A stretch of DNA of 64,000 nucleotides from Egibacteraceae bacterium. GTDB taxonomy: Bacteria; Actinomycetota; Nitriliruptoria; Euzebyales; Egibacteraceae. The notes beneath the pieces are model-generated. The model was not told where the DNA came from, did no database searches, and saw only the letters and a list, made by a program, of their open reading frames with translations. The stretch is from contig JAUJNX010000001.1 of assembly GCA_030447925.1 (NCBI GenBank), positions 896,973 to 960,972 on the forward strand. Direction: 5' to 3'. Shown in pieces: positions 56,535 to 64,000 of the stretch. A program made the position numbers and the translations under genes. Position 1 is the stretch's first letter. Every line of letters begins with the position of its first letter.

Positions 56535-57230
56535 TCAGTCGGTGACGACCACCCGGTCGCCGGTGAGGAAGTACGCGACCTGGCGGGCGAGCTCGACCCC
56601 GTGGTCGGCGACACGCTCGTAGTAGCGCGCGATGAGGGCGAGGCTGACGGCCTCCTCGACCGACTGCGTGCCGGTGTAGAGCTCGGTCAGCAGCCACTTC
56701 TGCAGCAGGTCGACCTGGTCGTCGCGCGCGTCGAGGTCGGTGACGGCCAGGCCGTCGTGCTGCGCCCACGCCTCGACGGCGACGGCGAAGATGTCGGCGG
56801 CCAGGCTGCCCAGCTGCCCCACCGTCTGGCGCAGCTCCTCGGGCATGGACGGCGGGTGCACCCAGGTCAGCGACTCCGCGACGTGGCGCAGCAGGTGCGC
56901 GCTGCGCTGCACGTCGGCGCCGCAGCGCAGGATCGCGACGACGCGGCGCAGGTCGCTGGCCACGGGGGCCTGGCGGGCGAGCAGGAGGTAGCAGGCGTCC
57001 TCCAGCTCGATGCAACGGCGGTCCACGTTCAGCGCCGTGCGGGTCAGCTCCCCGGCCCGGTGGGTGTCGGCCTCCAGGAACGCCTCGGTGATGGGCCCCA
57101 CGGCGCCGGCCACCTGGCGGCCGACGGCGACCAGCCGCTCGTCGCACGCGGCCAGCTCGCGCTGGAACGTCAGGCGCGTGCCGTGGGGCTCACGACGTTC
57201 GTCCTCCAGGCGGTCCAGGGGGTCTGACAT
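56535..57230 (-). CDS. phoU: Phosphate transport system regulatory protein PhoU
   Basis: Two PhoU repeats with 'ERVADHGVELARQV'-type helices; start at 'MSDPLDRL'. Confidence 0.8.
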   Translation of the reverse strand: MSDPLDRLEDERREPHGTRLTFQRELAACDERLVAVGRQVAGAVGPITEAFLEADTHRAGELTRTALNVDRRCIELEDACYLLLARQAPVASDLRRVVAILRCGADVQRSAHLLRHVAESLTWVHPPSMPEELRQTVGQLGSLAADIFAVAVEAWAQHDGLAVTDLDARDDQVDLLQKWLLTELYTGTQSVEEAVSLALIARYYERVADHGVELARQVAYFLTGDRVVVTD

Positions 57231-57281
57231 CGCCGTCCTCCTCCCCACCGGCCGGTCGCATCATACGTCTACGCTGCCCCC

Positions 57282-58565
57282 ATGGTCGTCGCACCGCCGG
57301 CCGCGCGCCGCATGCGCATCATCAGCCGCCCGGGTCACCCGGACTTCCTCGACCTGCCCTGGCACCTGCCGCTGGAGGAGTGGCGCGTCGACCGGCTGGT
57401 GGAGGTCACGCGCGGCATCCACCGCCACGTCGTCCGCTTCGTCGACTACGGGGGCGCCCTCTACGCCCTCAAGGAGCTGCCCCACCGCCTGGCGGTGCGC
57501 GAGTACCGCCTGCTGCGGCGCATGGCCGACGAGGCGCTGCCCGGCGTCGAGGCGGTCGGCACGGTCACCCGGGAGGGCCAGGAGGCGGTGCTCATCACCC
57601 GCTACCTGGACTACTCGTTGCCCTACCGGGCGCTGTTCACCAACCGCCGCCCCGCCCGCCACGACCTGCACGGGCTCACCTCCCGGCTGCTGGACGCCCT
57701 GGCGGTCCTGCTGGTCCGCCTGCACACCGCGGGCTTCTTCTGGGGCGACTGCTCGCTGTCCAACACCCTGTTCCGGCGCGACGCGGGGGCGCTGTCGGCC
57801 TACCTGGTGGACGTCGAGACCGGGGAGTGGCACAAGGTGCTCACCCCCGGGCAGCGCCAGGCGGACCTGGACCTGACCGTCGACAACGTCGCCGGCGGCC
57901 TGTTCGACGTCCAGGCGGAGCTGGGCCTGCAGGACGGGCCGGACCCGATCGACACCGCCGAGGACCTGCGCGCCCGCTACGAGCGCCTGTGGCGGGAGCT
58001 GACCGCCAGCGAGGTCGTCGTCCAGCCCAACGGCCAGATCGACCGCCACGTCATCGAGGGCCGCATCCGGCGCCTCAACGAGCTCGGCTTCGAGGTCGAG
58101 GAGATCGAGTTCGTCCCCACGCCCGCCGGGGACCGGATGGTCCTCAACGCCAACGTCGTGGAGGCCGGCTTCCACCGGCGCCGCCTGCACTCCCTCACCG
58201 GGCTCGACGCCCAGGAGAACCAGGCGCGCAGCCTGCTGCGTGACCTCGCCAACTTCCGCGCCAGCGAGGAGCGGCGCACCGGGCGGCCGGTGCCGGAGAG
58301 CGTCGCGGCGCACCGCTGGCTGTCGGAGGTGTTCGAGCCCGTGGTCGCGGCCATCCCCGAGGAGCTGCGCGGCAAGCTCGAGCCCCAGGAGGTCTTCCAC
58401 GAGGTCATCGAGCACAAGTGGTTCCTGTCGGAGCGCGAGGGCGCCGACGTGGGCCTGGCGACCGCCATCCAGTCCTACATGGCGTCGATCCTGCCGTCGG
58501 CCCCCGACGAGCGCCTGCTGCTGCTCCCCGACGACGAGGCCGACGGCTGGATCGGCTATGGCTGA
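57282..58565 (+). CDS. DUF4032 domain protein (actinobacterial, kinase-like fold)
   Basis: 427 aa 'HRHVVRFVDYGGALYALKELPHRLAVREYRLLRRMADEALPGVEAVG...GFFWGDCSLSNTLF' resembles DUF4032; stop overlaps next ATG (ATGGCTGA). Confidence 0.6.
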   Translation: MVVAPPAARRMRIISRPGHPDFLDLPWHLPLEEWRVDRLVEVTRGIHRHVVRFVDYGGALYALKELPHRLAVREYRLLRRMADEALPGVEAVGTVTREGQEAVLITRYLDYSLPYRALFTNRRPARHDLHGLTSRLLDALAVLLVRLHTAGFFWGDCSLSNTLFRRDAGALSAYLVDVETGEWHKVLTPGQRQADLDLTVDNVAGGLFDVQAELGLQDGPDPIDTAEDLRARYERLWRELTASEVVVQPNGQIDRHVIEGRIRRLNELGFEVEEIEFVPTPAGDRMVLNANVVEAGFHRRRLHSLTGLDAQENQARSLLRDLANFRASEERRTGRPVPESVAAHRWLSEVFEPVVAAIPEELRGKLEPQEVFHEVIEHKWFLSEREGADVGLATAIQSYMASILPSAPDERLLLLPDDEADGWIGYG

Positions 58566-59307
58566 CGGTCCCGTCGGGAGCGCCGACCGGGACGGGGTGC
58601 GCGTGCTCACCCTGTCGCGCCCCGGGGCGCGCAACGCGCTGGACACCGCCCTGCTCGCCGCGCTGGTCGACGCGCTCGCCGATGCCGTCGCCGACGACGC
58701 CGTCCGCGCCCTGGTCCTCACCGGCGCCGGCGAGGTCTTCTCCGCGGGGGCGGACCTGCAGGAGCCGCTCGATACCGCCGGGCGGGTCCGGCGCATGGAG
58801 CTGCTGACCGGGGCCTTCCAGGCCGTGGCGGTCTGCCCCAAGGGCACGGTCGCGGCGGTGGACGGGCCGGCGATCGGCGGCGGGGCGGAGCTGGCCGCCG
58901 CGTGCGACGTGCGCGTGGCCGCGCCGGGCGCGACCTTCCGCTTCCCCGGCGCGGCCTTCGGCTTGCCCGTGGGCCCGGCCAAGCTGGTGGGGCTGGTCGG
59001 CCTGGGGGCGGCCAAGGACCTGGTGCTGACCGCGCGCACGGTCGGGGCGGAGGAGGCGGCGCGCCTGGGCCTGGTGCAGCGGCTCACCCCGCCCGGCGGC
59101 GCGCTGGACGAGGCCGTGGCGGTGGCGGCGGCGATGGCCGCCAACGACCCCCGCACCGTCGCCTATCTCAAGCGCCAGTTCGACCGCTTCTCCGGGCTCG
59201 GCGACCGCGTCGCGGCGGAGGCCGACGGCCTGCTCGCCCACGCCGCGTCCGGCGGCGACCTGTCCGCCCTCACCGCCCGCGACCCCAAGCTGTCCTGGCG
59301 CCGCTGA
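58558..59307 (+). CDS. Enoyl-CoA hydratase/isomerase (crotonase) family protein
   Basis: 'LSRPGARNALDTALLAAL...LVLTGAGEVFSAGADL', oxyanion region 'VAAVDGPAIGGGAELAAACD'. Confidence 0.75.
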   Translation: MADGPVGSADRDGVRVLTLSRPGARNALDTALLAALVDALADAVADDAVRALVLTGAGEVFSAGADLQEPLDTAGRVRRMELLTGAFQAVAVCPKGTVAAVDGPAIGGGAELAAACDVRVAAPGATFRFPGAAFGLPVGPAKLVGLVGLGAAKDLVLTARTVGAEEAARLGLVQRLTPPGGALDEAVAVAAAMAANDPRTVAYLKRQFDRFSGLGDRVAAEADGLLAHAASGGDLSALTARDPKLSWRR

Positions 59308-59317
59308 CCGCCGCCGC

Positions 59318-59746
59318 TCAGTCGCCGGGGCGGCGCCAGCGCAGGCCGGGGAAGCGCGCGAAGTCCCGGTCGAAGGACCACAGCTCCGCCCCGTGCTCCA
59401 GGGCGAGGGCGGCGAGGTGGGCGTCGGTGGTGAGGTTGCCCGCCGTGCCCGCCGCGTCGAGCAGCCCTCGAAGGATGCCCAGGTGCTGCCCGGTGGGGTT
59501 CAGCAGCCGGGCGGGTGGCTGCCCGAGCCACTCCTCCACGTACCCGGTCGCCGCCGCGGTGCCCAGCGGTGACGGGAACAGCCCGCGGCGGGTCGACAGC
59601 CGCAGGAACGCCAGCAGGCTCACCCAGGGGAACCCGACCGCCTCGGTGCCCCCCAGCGCGGTCTCCAGCCACCGCCGGGCCGCCTGGTGCTCCTGACCCG
59701 ACCGGTTGACCGCGTGCAGCAGGACGTTCGCGTCGGGGATCCGCAC
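59318..59746 (-). CDS. PIN-domain toxin (VapC family)
   Basis: ~142 aa from GTG 59746: 'VRIPDANVLLHAVNRSGQEHQAARRWLE...GNLTTDAHLAALALEHGAELWSFDRDFARF' PIN motifs; upstream extension of the ORF would overlap the antitoxin. Confidence 0.6.
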   Translation of the reverse strand: MRIPDANVLLHAVNRSGQEHQAARRWLETALGGTEAVGFPWVSLLAFLRLSTRRGLFPSPLGTAAATGYVEEWLGQPPARLLNPTGQHLGILRGLLDAAGTAGNLTTDAHLAALALEHGAELWSFDRDFARFPGLRWRRPGD

Positions 59747-59747
59747 C

Positions 59748-59999
59748 TCAGCGACCGGTCTCCAGGCGCCGCACCAGCTCCTCGTCCTCCGCGTCGGCCG
59801 CCAGCTGCAGCGCCTTGGTGATCGGGACCGACGGCGCACCGAGGTCGGACGGCCGCAGCCGGTAGGGCCGGGCGGTGCCGGCCCCCAGCCCGGACCGGAC
59901 GGCGTCGTTCAGCGCCTGCTTGAAGCTGACGCCACGATCGCGTGCGGCCTCCCGCAGCAGCGCGAGCGTGTCCGGGTCCAGCGTCACGGTCGTCCTCAT
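59748..59999 (-). CDS. RHH/CopG-like antitoxin (VapB-type)
   Basis: 83 aa 'MRTTVTLDPDTLALLREAARDRGVSFKQALNDAVRSGL'; ends 1 nt before the toxin start. Confidence 0.6.
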   Translation of the reverse strand: MRTTVTLDPDTLALLREAARDRGVSFKQALNDAVRSGLGAGTARPYRLRPSDLGAPSVPITKALQLAADAEDEELVRRLETGR

Positions 60000-60097
60000 C
60001 GTGCCACCATCACAGCGTCGTTGGTGCAGTCATGATGCCACCTTCTCCGCGTCCAGGCGTATGCTGCGTGGGCGTCCGCCGAACAGGGGAGCCCGCC

Positions 60098-61099
60098 GTG
60101 CCGCAGCCGTCGTCCCGCCAGCAGCCGGACCGCAACCTCGCGCTGGAGCTGGTGCGCGCCACCGAGGCCGCGGCCCTGGCCGCCGGCCGCTGGATGGGGC
60201 GCAACCAGAAGGAGGCGGGGGACCAGGCCGCGGTCGACGCGATGCGCCTGATGCTGTCGACGGTGGAGATGGACGGCGTCGTGGTCATTGGGGAGGGCGA
60301 GAAGGACGAGGCCCCGATGCTCTACAACGGCGAGCGGATCGGCACCGGCAACCCGCCGCAGACCGACATCGCCGTCGACCCGATCGACGGGACGCGCCTG
60401 CTCGCGCAGGGCCGGCCGGGGTCGCTCGCCGTCATCGCCATGGCGCCGCGCGGCACGATGTTCGACCCGGGCCCGATGGTCTACATGATGAAGTGGGTCG
60501 TCGGGGCCGACGCCGTCGGGGCGGTCGACATCGACGCGCCGGTGACCCGCAACCTGGAGGCGATCGCCCGGGCCAAGGGCAAGGACGTCAACGACCTCAC
60601 CGTCATCATGCTGGACCGCGACCGCCACGACGACCTCATGCGCGAGGTCCGGTCCACCGGCGCCCGCCTGCGCCTGATCATGGACGGCGACGTCGCCGCG
60701 AGCCTGCTGGCCCTGCTGCCCGAGAAGAACATCGACGCGCTCATCGGCATCGGCGGGACGCCGGAGGGCGTCACGTCCGCCTGCGCGGTCCACGCCCTGG
60801 GCGGGGAGATGATCGGGCGCCTGTGGGCCCGGTCCGACGAGGAGGCGGCCCGGGCACGCGAGCTCGGCTTCGACCTGGACGAGCCGCTCACCACCGGCCG
60901 CCTGGTCAGCTCGACCGACACCTTCTTCGTCTGCACCGGCGTCACCGACGGCGACCTGGTCGACGGGGTGGTCTACACCGCCCGCGGCGCCACGACGGAG
61001 TCCCTGGTGATGCGCGGCAAGTCCGGCACGCTGCGCACCGTCCGCGCGCGCCACACCTTCGACAAGCTCATGACCTACAGCAGCATCGACTTCGGCTGA
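60098..61099 (+). CDS. glpX: Fructose-1,6-bisphosphatase class II (GlpX)
   Basis: 'LALELVRATEAAALAAGRWMGRNQKEAGDQAAVDAMR', 'DIAVDPIDGT', 'GIGGTPEGV' GlpX signatures; GTG 60098 after AGGGGAG. Confidence 0.85.
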   Translation: MPQPSSRQQPDRNLALELVRATEAAALAAGRWMGRNQKEAGDQAAVDAMRLMLSTVEMDGVVVIGEGEKDEAPMLYNGERIGTGNPPQTDIAVDPIDGTRLLAQGRPGSLAVIAMAPRGTMFDPGPMVYMMKWVVGADAVGAVDIDAPVTRNLEAIARAKGKDVNDLTVIMLDRDRHDDLMREVRSTGARLRLIMDGDVAASLLALLPEKNIDALIGIGGTPEGVTSACAVHALGGEMIGRLWARSDEEAARARELGFDLDEPLTTGRLVSSTDTFFVCTGVTDGDLVDGVVYTARGATTESLVMRGKSGTLRTVRARHTFDKLMTYSSIDFG

Positions 61100-61156
61100 G
61101 CCAGGGCGGGGCGGTACGGCACACTGTGGGAGGTCGTAGCCCCCCGGAAGGGGGTG

Positions 61157-61179
61157 GTTCACGCTGCGTTCACACACGG
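61157..61179. promoter_or_regulatory. PHO-box-like direct repeat (GTTCAC x2 at 11-bp spacing) upstream of pstB
   Basis: 'GGTTCACgctgcGTTCACacac' about 45-65 bp upstream of pstB ATG 61224; matches the 11-nt direct-repeat unit bound by PhoP-type regulators in actinobacteria. Confidence 0.4.
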
Positions 61180-61223
61180 CGGGCAGACTCGTCCCGTCAT
61201 CGCACCCGCCACGGAGGACCCTC

Positions 61224-62102
61224 ATGGACCAGGCCCCGGCCAGCACGACCGGGCAGCCGATGCGGCAGCTGCGCACCACGTCGCCCGCGCCCGCCGACTC
61301 TGCGATCACCGCCCCCGTGTCGAGCGACCACGTCTTCGACATCGAGGGACTGGGCGTCAACTACGGCAGCTTCACCGCGGTCCAGGACGTGAGCTTCGCG
61401 ATCCCGCGCAACCACATCGTGGCGCTCATCGGGCCGTCCGGCTGTGGCAAGTCGACCATCCTGCGCTGCCTCAACCGCATGAACGACCTGGTGCCCAGTG
61501 CCAAGGTGCTCGGCAGGGTCGTCTACAACGGCGAGGAGATCTACGCCGACGGGGTCGACCCTGTCGAGGTCCGCCGGCGCATCGGCATGGTCTTCCAGCG
61601 CCCCAACCCGTTCCCCAAGTCGATCTACGACAACGTCGCGTTCGGGCCGCGCCTCAACGGGCAGAAGAAGGGCCTGGACGACCTGGTGGAGGAGTCGCTG
61701 CGCGGCGCGGCCCTGTGGGACGAGGTCAAGGACAAGCTGAAGGAGAGCGGCTTCTCCCTCTCCGGCGGTCAGCAGCAGCGCCTGTGCATCGCGCGCGCCA
61801 TCGCCACCAAGCCCGATGTGATCCTGATGGACGAACCCGCCTCCGCGCTGGACCCGATCGCCACGCTGAAGATCGAGGACCTCATGCGCGAGATGAAGCG
61901 CGACTACACGATCGTCATCGTCACCCACAACATGCAGCAGGCCGCGCGCATCTCGGACCGCACCGCGTTCTTCAGCGTGAACGTGGACGACGAGAAGGGC
62001 ATGCGCACCGGCTACCTGGTGGAGTATGACAAGACCGACAAGGTCTTCAGCTCCCCGTCGGATCAGCGCACCGAGGACTACGTCAGCGGCCGGTTCGGGT
62101 AG
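61224..62102 (+). CDS. pstB: Phosphate ABC transporter ATP-binding protein PstB
   Basis: Walker A 'GPSGCGKST', signature '[14 protein letters not shown]', Walker B '[11 protein letters not shown]', PstB-specific N-terminal extension. Confidence 0.9.
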   Translation: MDQAPASTTGQPMRQLRTTSPAPADSAITAPVSSDHVFDIEGLGVNYGSFTAVQDVSFAIPRNHIVALIGPSGCGKSTILRCLNRMNDLVPSAKVLGRVVYNGEEIYADGVDPVEVRRRIGMVFQRPNPFPKSIYDNVAFGPRLNGQKKGLDDLVEESLRGAALWDEVKDKLKESGFSLSGGQQQRLCIARAIATKPDVILMDEPASALDPIATLKIEDLMREMKRDYTIVIVTHNMQQAARISDRTAFFSVNVDDEKGMRTGYLVEYDKTDKVFSSPSDQRTEDYVSGRFG

Positions 62103-62115
62103 GACCTGCCGCAGC

Positions 62116-62161
62116 GCACGAGCAAAGGCCCCGGGGAGTTCCCCGGGGCCTTTGCTCGTGC
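62116..62161. terminator. Perfect 21-bp-stem hairpin between convergent pstB and pstA (bidirectional terminator candidate)
   Basis: 'gcacgagcaaaggccccgggg-agtt-ccccggggcctttgctcgtgc'; no U-tract, as is common in high-GC organisms. Confidence 0.6.
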
Positions 62162-62179
62162 TCCGTCCGTGGGGTCCCG

Positions 62180-63088
62180 TCAGCGCGCGACCGCGGCACG
62201 CCGCGTGATCAGGCGAGCGGCGACGATGAGGATGAGCACGATGAGCATCAGCTCGAGCGCGCCGGCCCAGGCCAGGGCCTGGGACGCCTCCTCGGGCCGG
62301 CGGGCGCGTTCGAAGATCAGCAGCGGCAGCGCGGTCTGCGGGGTGCCCTGCAGCTGCGTGGTCAGGTAGAACGTGCCGAAGGCGGTGAGGATCAGCGGCG
62401 CGGTCTCGCCCAGCCCGCGGGCCACGGCGAGCAGCGACCCGGTGATCAGCCCCGGTCCCGCGGCCGGCAGCACGACCTTCATGATCGTCTGCCAGCGCCG
62501 GGCGCCCAGGGCGTAGGACCCGGTGCGCAGGTCGTTGGGCACCAGCTTCAGGATCTCCTCGCCAGCCCGCACCACGATCGGGAGCATGAGCACCCCGATC
62601 GCCACGCCCGCGACGAACGTGCCGAAGCCGAAGCCCTCCTGCACCAGACCGGCGTAGACGAACAGCCCGACGAAGATCGACGGCACCCCGGTCATGACGT
62701 CGGTGAAGAAGCGTGTCGGCCCGGTGAGCGGGCTGGTGTGGAACTCGACGAGGAAGACGGCACCCAGGATCCCCAACGGCACCGACAGCGCCGCCGCGAT
62801 CGCGATGATGAGCCCGCTGCCGACCAGACCGTGGAGGAACCCGCCGCCCTCGCGACGGTAGGACAGGGGTGCGGTCTCGGTGAGGAAGGCCCAGTCCAGC
62901 CGGTCCGCGCCGTTGCGGATGACGATGAACAGGATCAGCGCCAGGGGGATGAGCGCGAGCAGGAGCCCGATCAGCAGCACCACGCGCATGATCGCGTCGG
63001 TGCGGGACCGCGCCTTCGAGTTGGCCGTGCGCTCCCGGATCGGGCGAGCGCCGGGCTTGACCTGGGACACCTCGCTGACCGTGCTCAT
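62180..63088 (-). CDS. pstA: Phosphate ABC transporter permease PstA
   Basis: 302 aa from ATG 63088 ('MSTVSEVSQVKPGARPIRERTANSKARSRTDAIM' cytoplasmic lead, 6 TMs, ABC permease EAA-like loop 'ALGARRWQTIMKVVLP'); upstream part of the ORF is artefact. Confidence 0.85.
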   Translation of the reverse strand: MSTVSEVSQVKPGARPIRERTANSKARSRTDAIMRVVLLIGLLLALIPLALILFIVIRNGADRLDWAFLTETAPLSYRREGGGFLHGLVGSGLIIAIAAALSVPLGILGAVFLVEFHTSPLTGPTRFFTDVMTGVPSIFVGLFVYAGLVQEGFGFGTFVAGVAIGVLMLPIVVRAGEEILKLVPNDLRTGSYALGARRWQTIMKVVLPAAGPGLITGSLLAVARGLGETAPLILTAFGTFYLTTQLQGTPQTALPLLIFERARRPEEASQALAWAGALELMLIVLILIVAARLITRRAAVAR

Positions 63089-63978
63089 ACCGCCGCGTCC
63101 CCCGTGACCTCGAACCGGGCGGTGATGAACCGCGCCAGCATGTTGATGATGATGGTGATGCCGAACAGCGCGACGCCCAGGGCGATGAGCGCGCGCACGT
63201 ACTCCGGGCTCGCCTCGCCGAAGCTGAGCGCGATCTTGGCCGCGATCGTCTGGCCGGGGCCGAAGATGTTGAGGTTGACCTGCTCGAGGTTGCCGATCAG
63301 GAACGCCGCCGCGACGGTCTCGCCCAGACCGCGACCGAGGCCCAGCATCGAGGCGCCGATGATCCCGCCGCGCGCCCGCGGGATGATGACGTGGCGCATG
63401 ACCTCCCAGCGCGTCGCGCCGAGCCCGTACGCCGCGTTCTTCTCGTCGGCGGGGACGGTCGCGATCACCTCGCGGCTGACGGCCGTGATGATCGGCAGGA
63501 TCATGATCGACAGCACGACGCTGAAACTGGCGATGCTGAGGAAGCCCGGTTGGCCGATGAAGGGCAGGAACCCCAGCGGCCCGGCCAGGAACTCGATGGC
63601 CGGGTAGACGAAGTTCGGGACGAAGAACAGGGCGCCCCACAGGCCGTACACCACGCTGGGGATGGCGGCCAGAAGCTCGACGGCGTACACCAGCGGCCGC
63701 CGGATCGCGCTGGGCGCGAGCTGGTTGAGGTACAGGGCGATCGCGGTGGCCAGGGGCACGGCGACCACCAGGGCGAGGATCGCGCTGACCACGGTGCCGT
63801 AGATGAACGCCAGGGCGCCGTACTGGCCGGTGATCTCGGTCCGCGAGGTGCCGGGGTCCCACACCTGGCTGGTGAAGAAGGACAGGCCCTCGCTCACGAA
63901 CACCGGCCAGGCGTCGACGGCGGTGGAGCCGATCATCAAGGCGAGGATCACCAGGACGGACACGCCGGCGGCGGTCAC
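63085..63978 (-). CDS. pstC: Phosphate ABC transporter permease PstC (N-terminus close to window edge, start uncertain)
   Basis: 297 aa 'GLGATRWEVMRHVIIPRARGGIIGASMLGLGRGLGETVAAAF' EAA loop; overlaps pstA start by 4 bp; pstS presumably beyond 64000. Confidence 0.8.
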   Translation of the reverse strand: MTAAGVSVLVILALMIGSTAVDAWPVFVSEGLSFFTSQVWDPGTSRTEITGQYGALAFIYGTVVSAILALVVAVPLATAIALYLNQLAPSAIRRPLVYAVELLAAIPSVVYGLWGALFFVPNFVYPAIEFLAGPLGFLPFIGQPGFLSIASFSVVLSIMILPIITAVSREVIATVPADEKNAAYGLGATRWEVMRHVIIPRARGGIIGASMLGLGRGLGETVAAAFLIGNLEQVNLNIFGPGQTIAAKIALSFGEASPEYVRALIALGVALFGITIIINMLARFITARFEVTGDAAV

Positions 63979-64000
63979 CAGGGCCGCGAAGGCCGGGTCC

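Noticed and set aside
1-64000. Mobile elements or prophage
   Set aside because: No transposase, integrase, recombinase, terminal inverted repeats or attachment-site duplications were recognisable. GC composition looks uniform throughout.

Overview
This is a very high-GC (about 73-75%) chromosomal segment that looks actinobacterial. I can support roughly 70 protein genes, one tRNA, and a handful of repeats and regulatory candidates. I see no transposase, integrase or CRISPR array.

Most of the window is core or metabolic chromosome. The main content, in order:
- Ppx/GppA phosphatase, a CBS-MgtC operon, and a NudL-like NUDIX fused to a YjeF_N epimerase.
- An unusual tRNA with a UAA anticodon, next to a two-component pair (HisKA_3 kinase plus LuxR-type regulator).
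- zapE, then glnB-glnD, fumC and ilvA.
- A fadA-fadB beta-oxidation operon.
- Two paralogous flotillins flanking an NfeD gene, with a tandem repeat between them.
- arcA, greA, an Fpg/Nei glycosylase, an ACT-malic enzyme, uppS, a SulP permease and a KdpDE-like two-component pair.
- A PIN-PhoH2 protein next to a REC-GGDEF regulator.
- phoU, glpX, and pstB opposed to pstCA with a PHO-box-like direct repeat.

There are also four type II toxin-antitoxin pairs (three VapBC, one MazEF-like), a standalone Klenow-like family A DNA polymerase without a 5' nuclease domain, and the conserved actinobacterial triad of histidine phosphatase, DUF3090 and SCO1664-family protein.

The most striking anomaly is an 8 kb stretch (about 7.57-15.63 kb) where seven consecutive genes can only be read through several single-base frameshifts, while the genes on either side are clean. 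That points to localized unpolished sequence or a decay island. A few isolated broken genes occur elsewhere. Coordinates of starts that I refined by hand are accurate to within a codon or two at best; I checked frame against the ORF track where I could.
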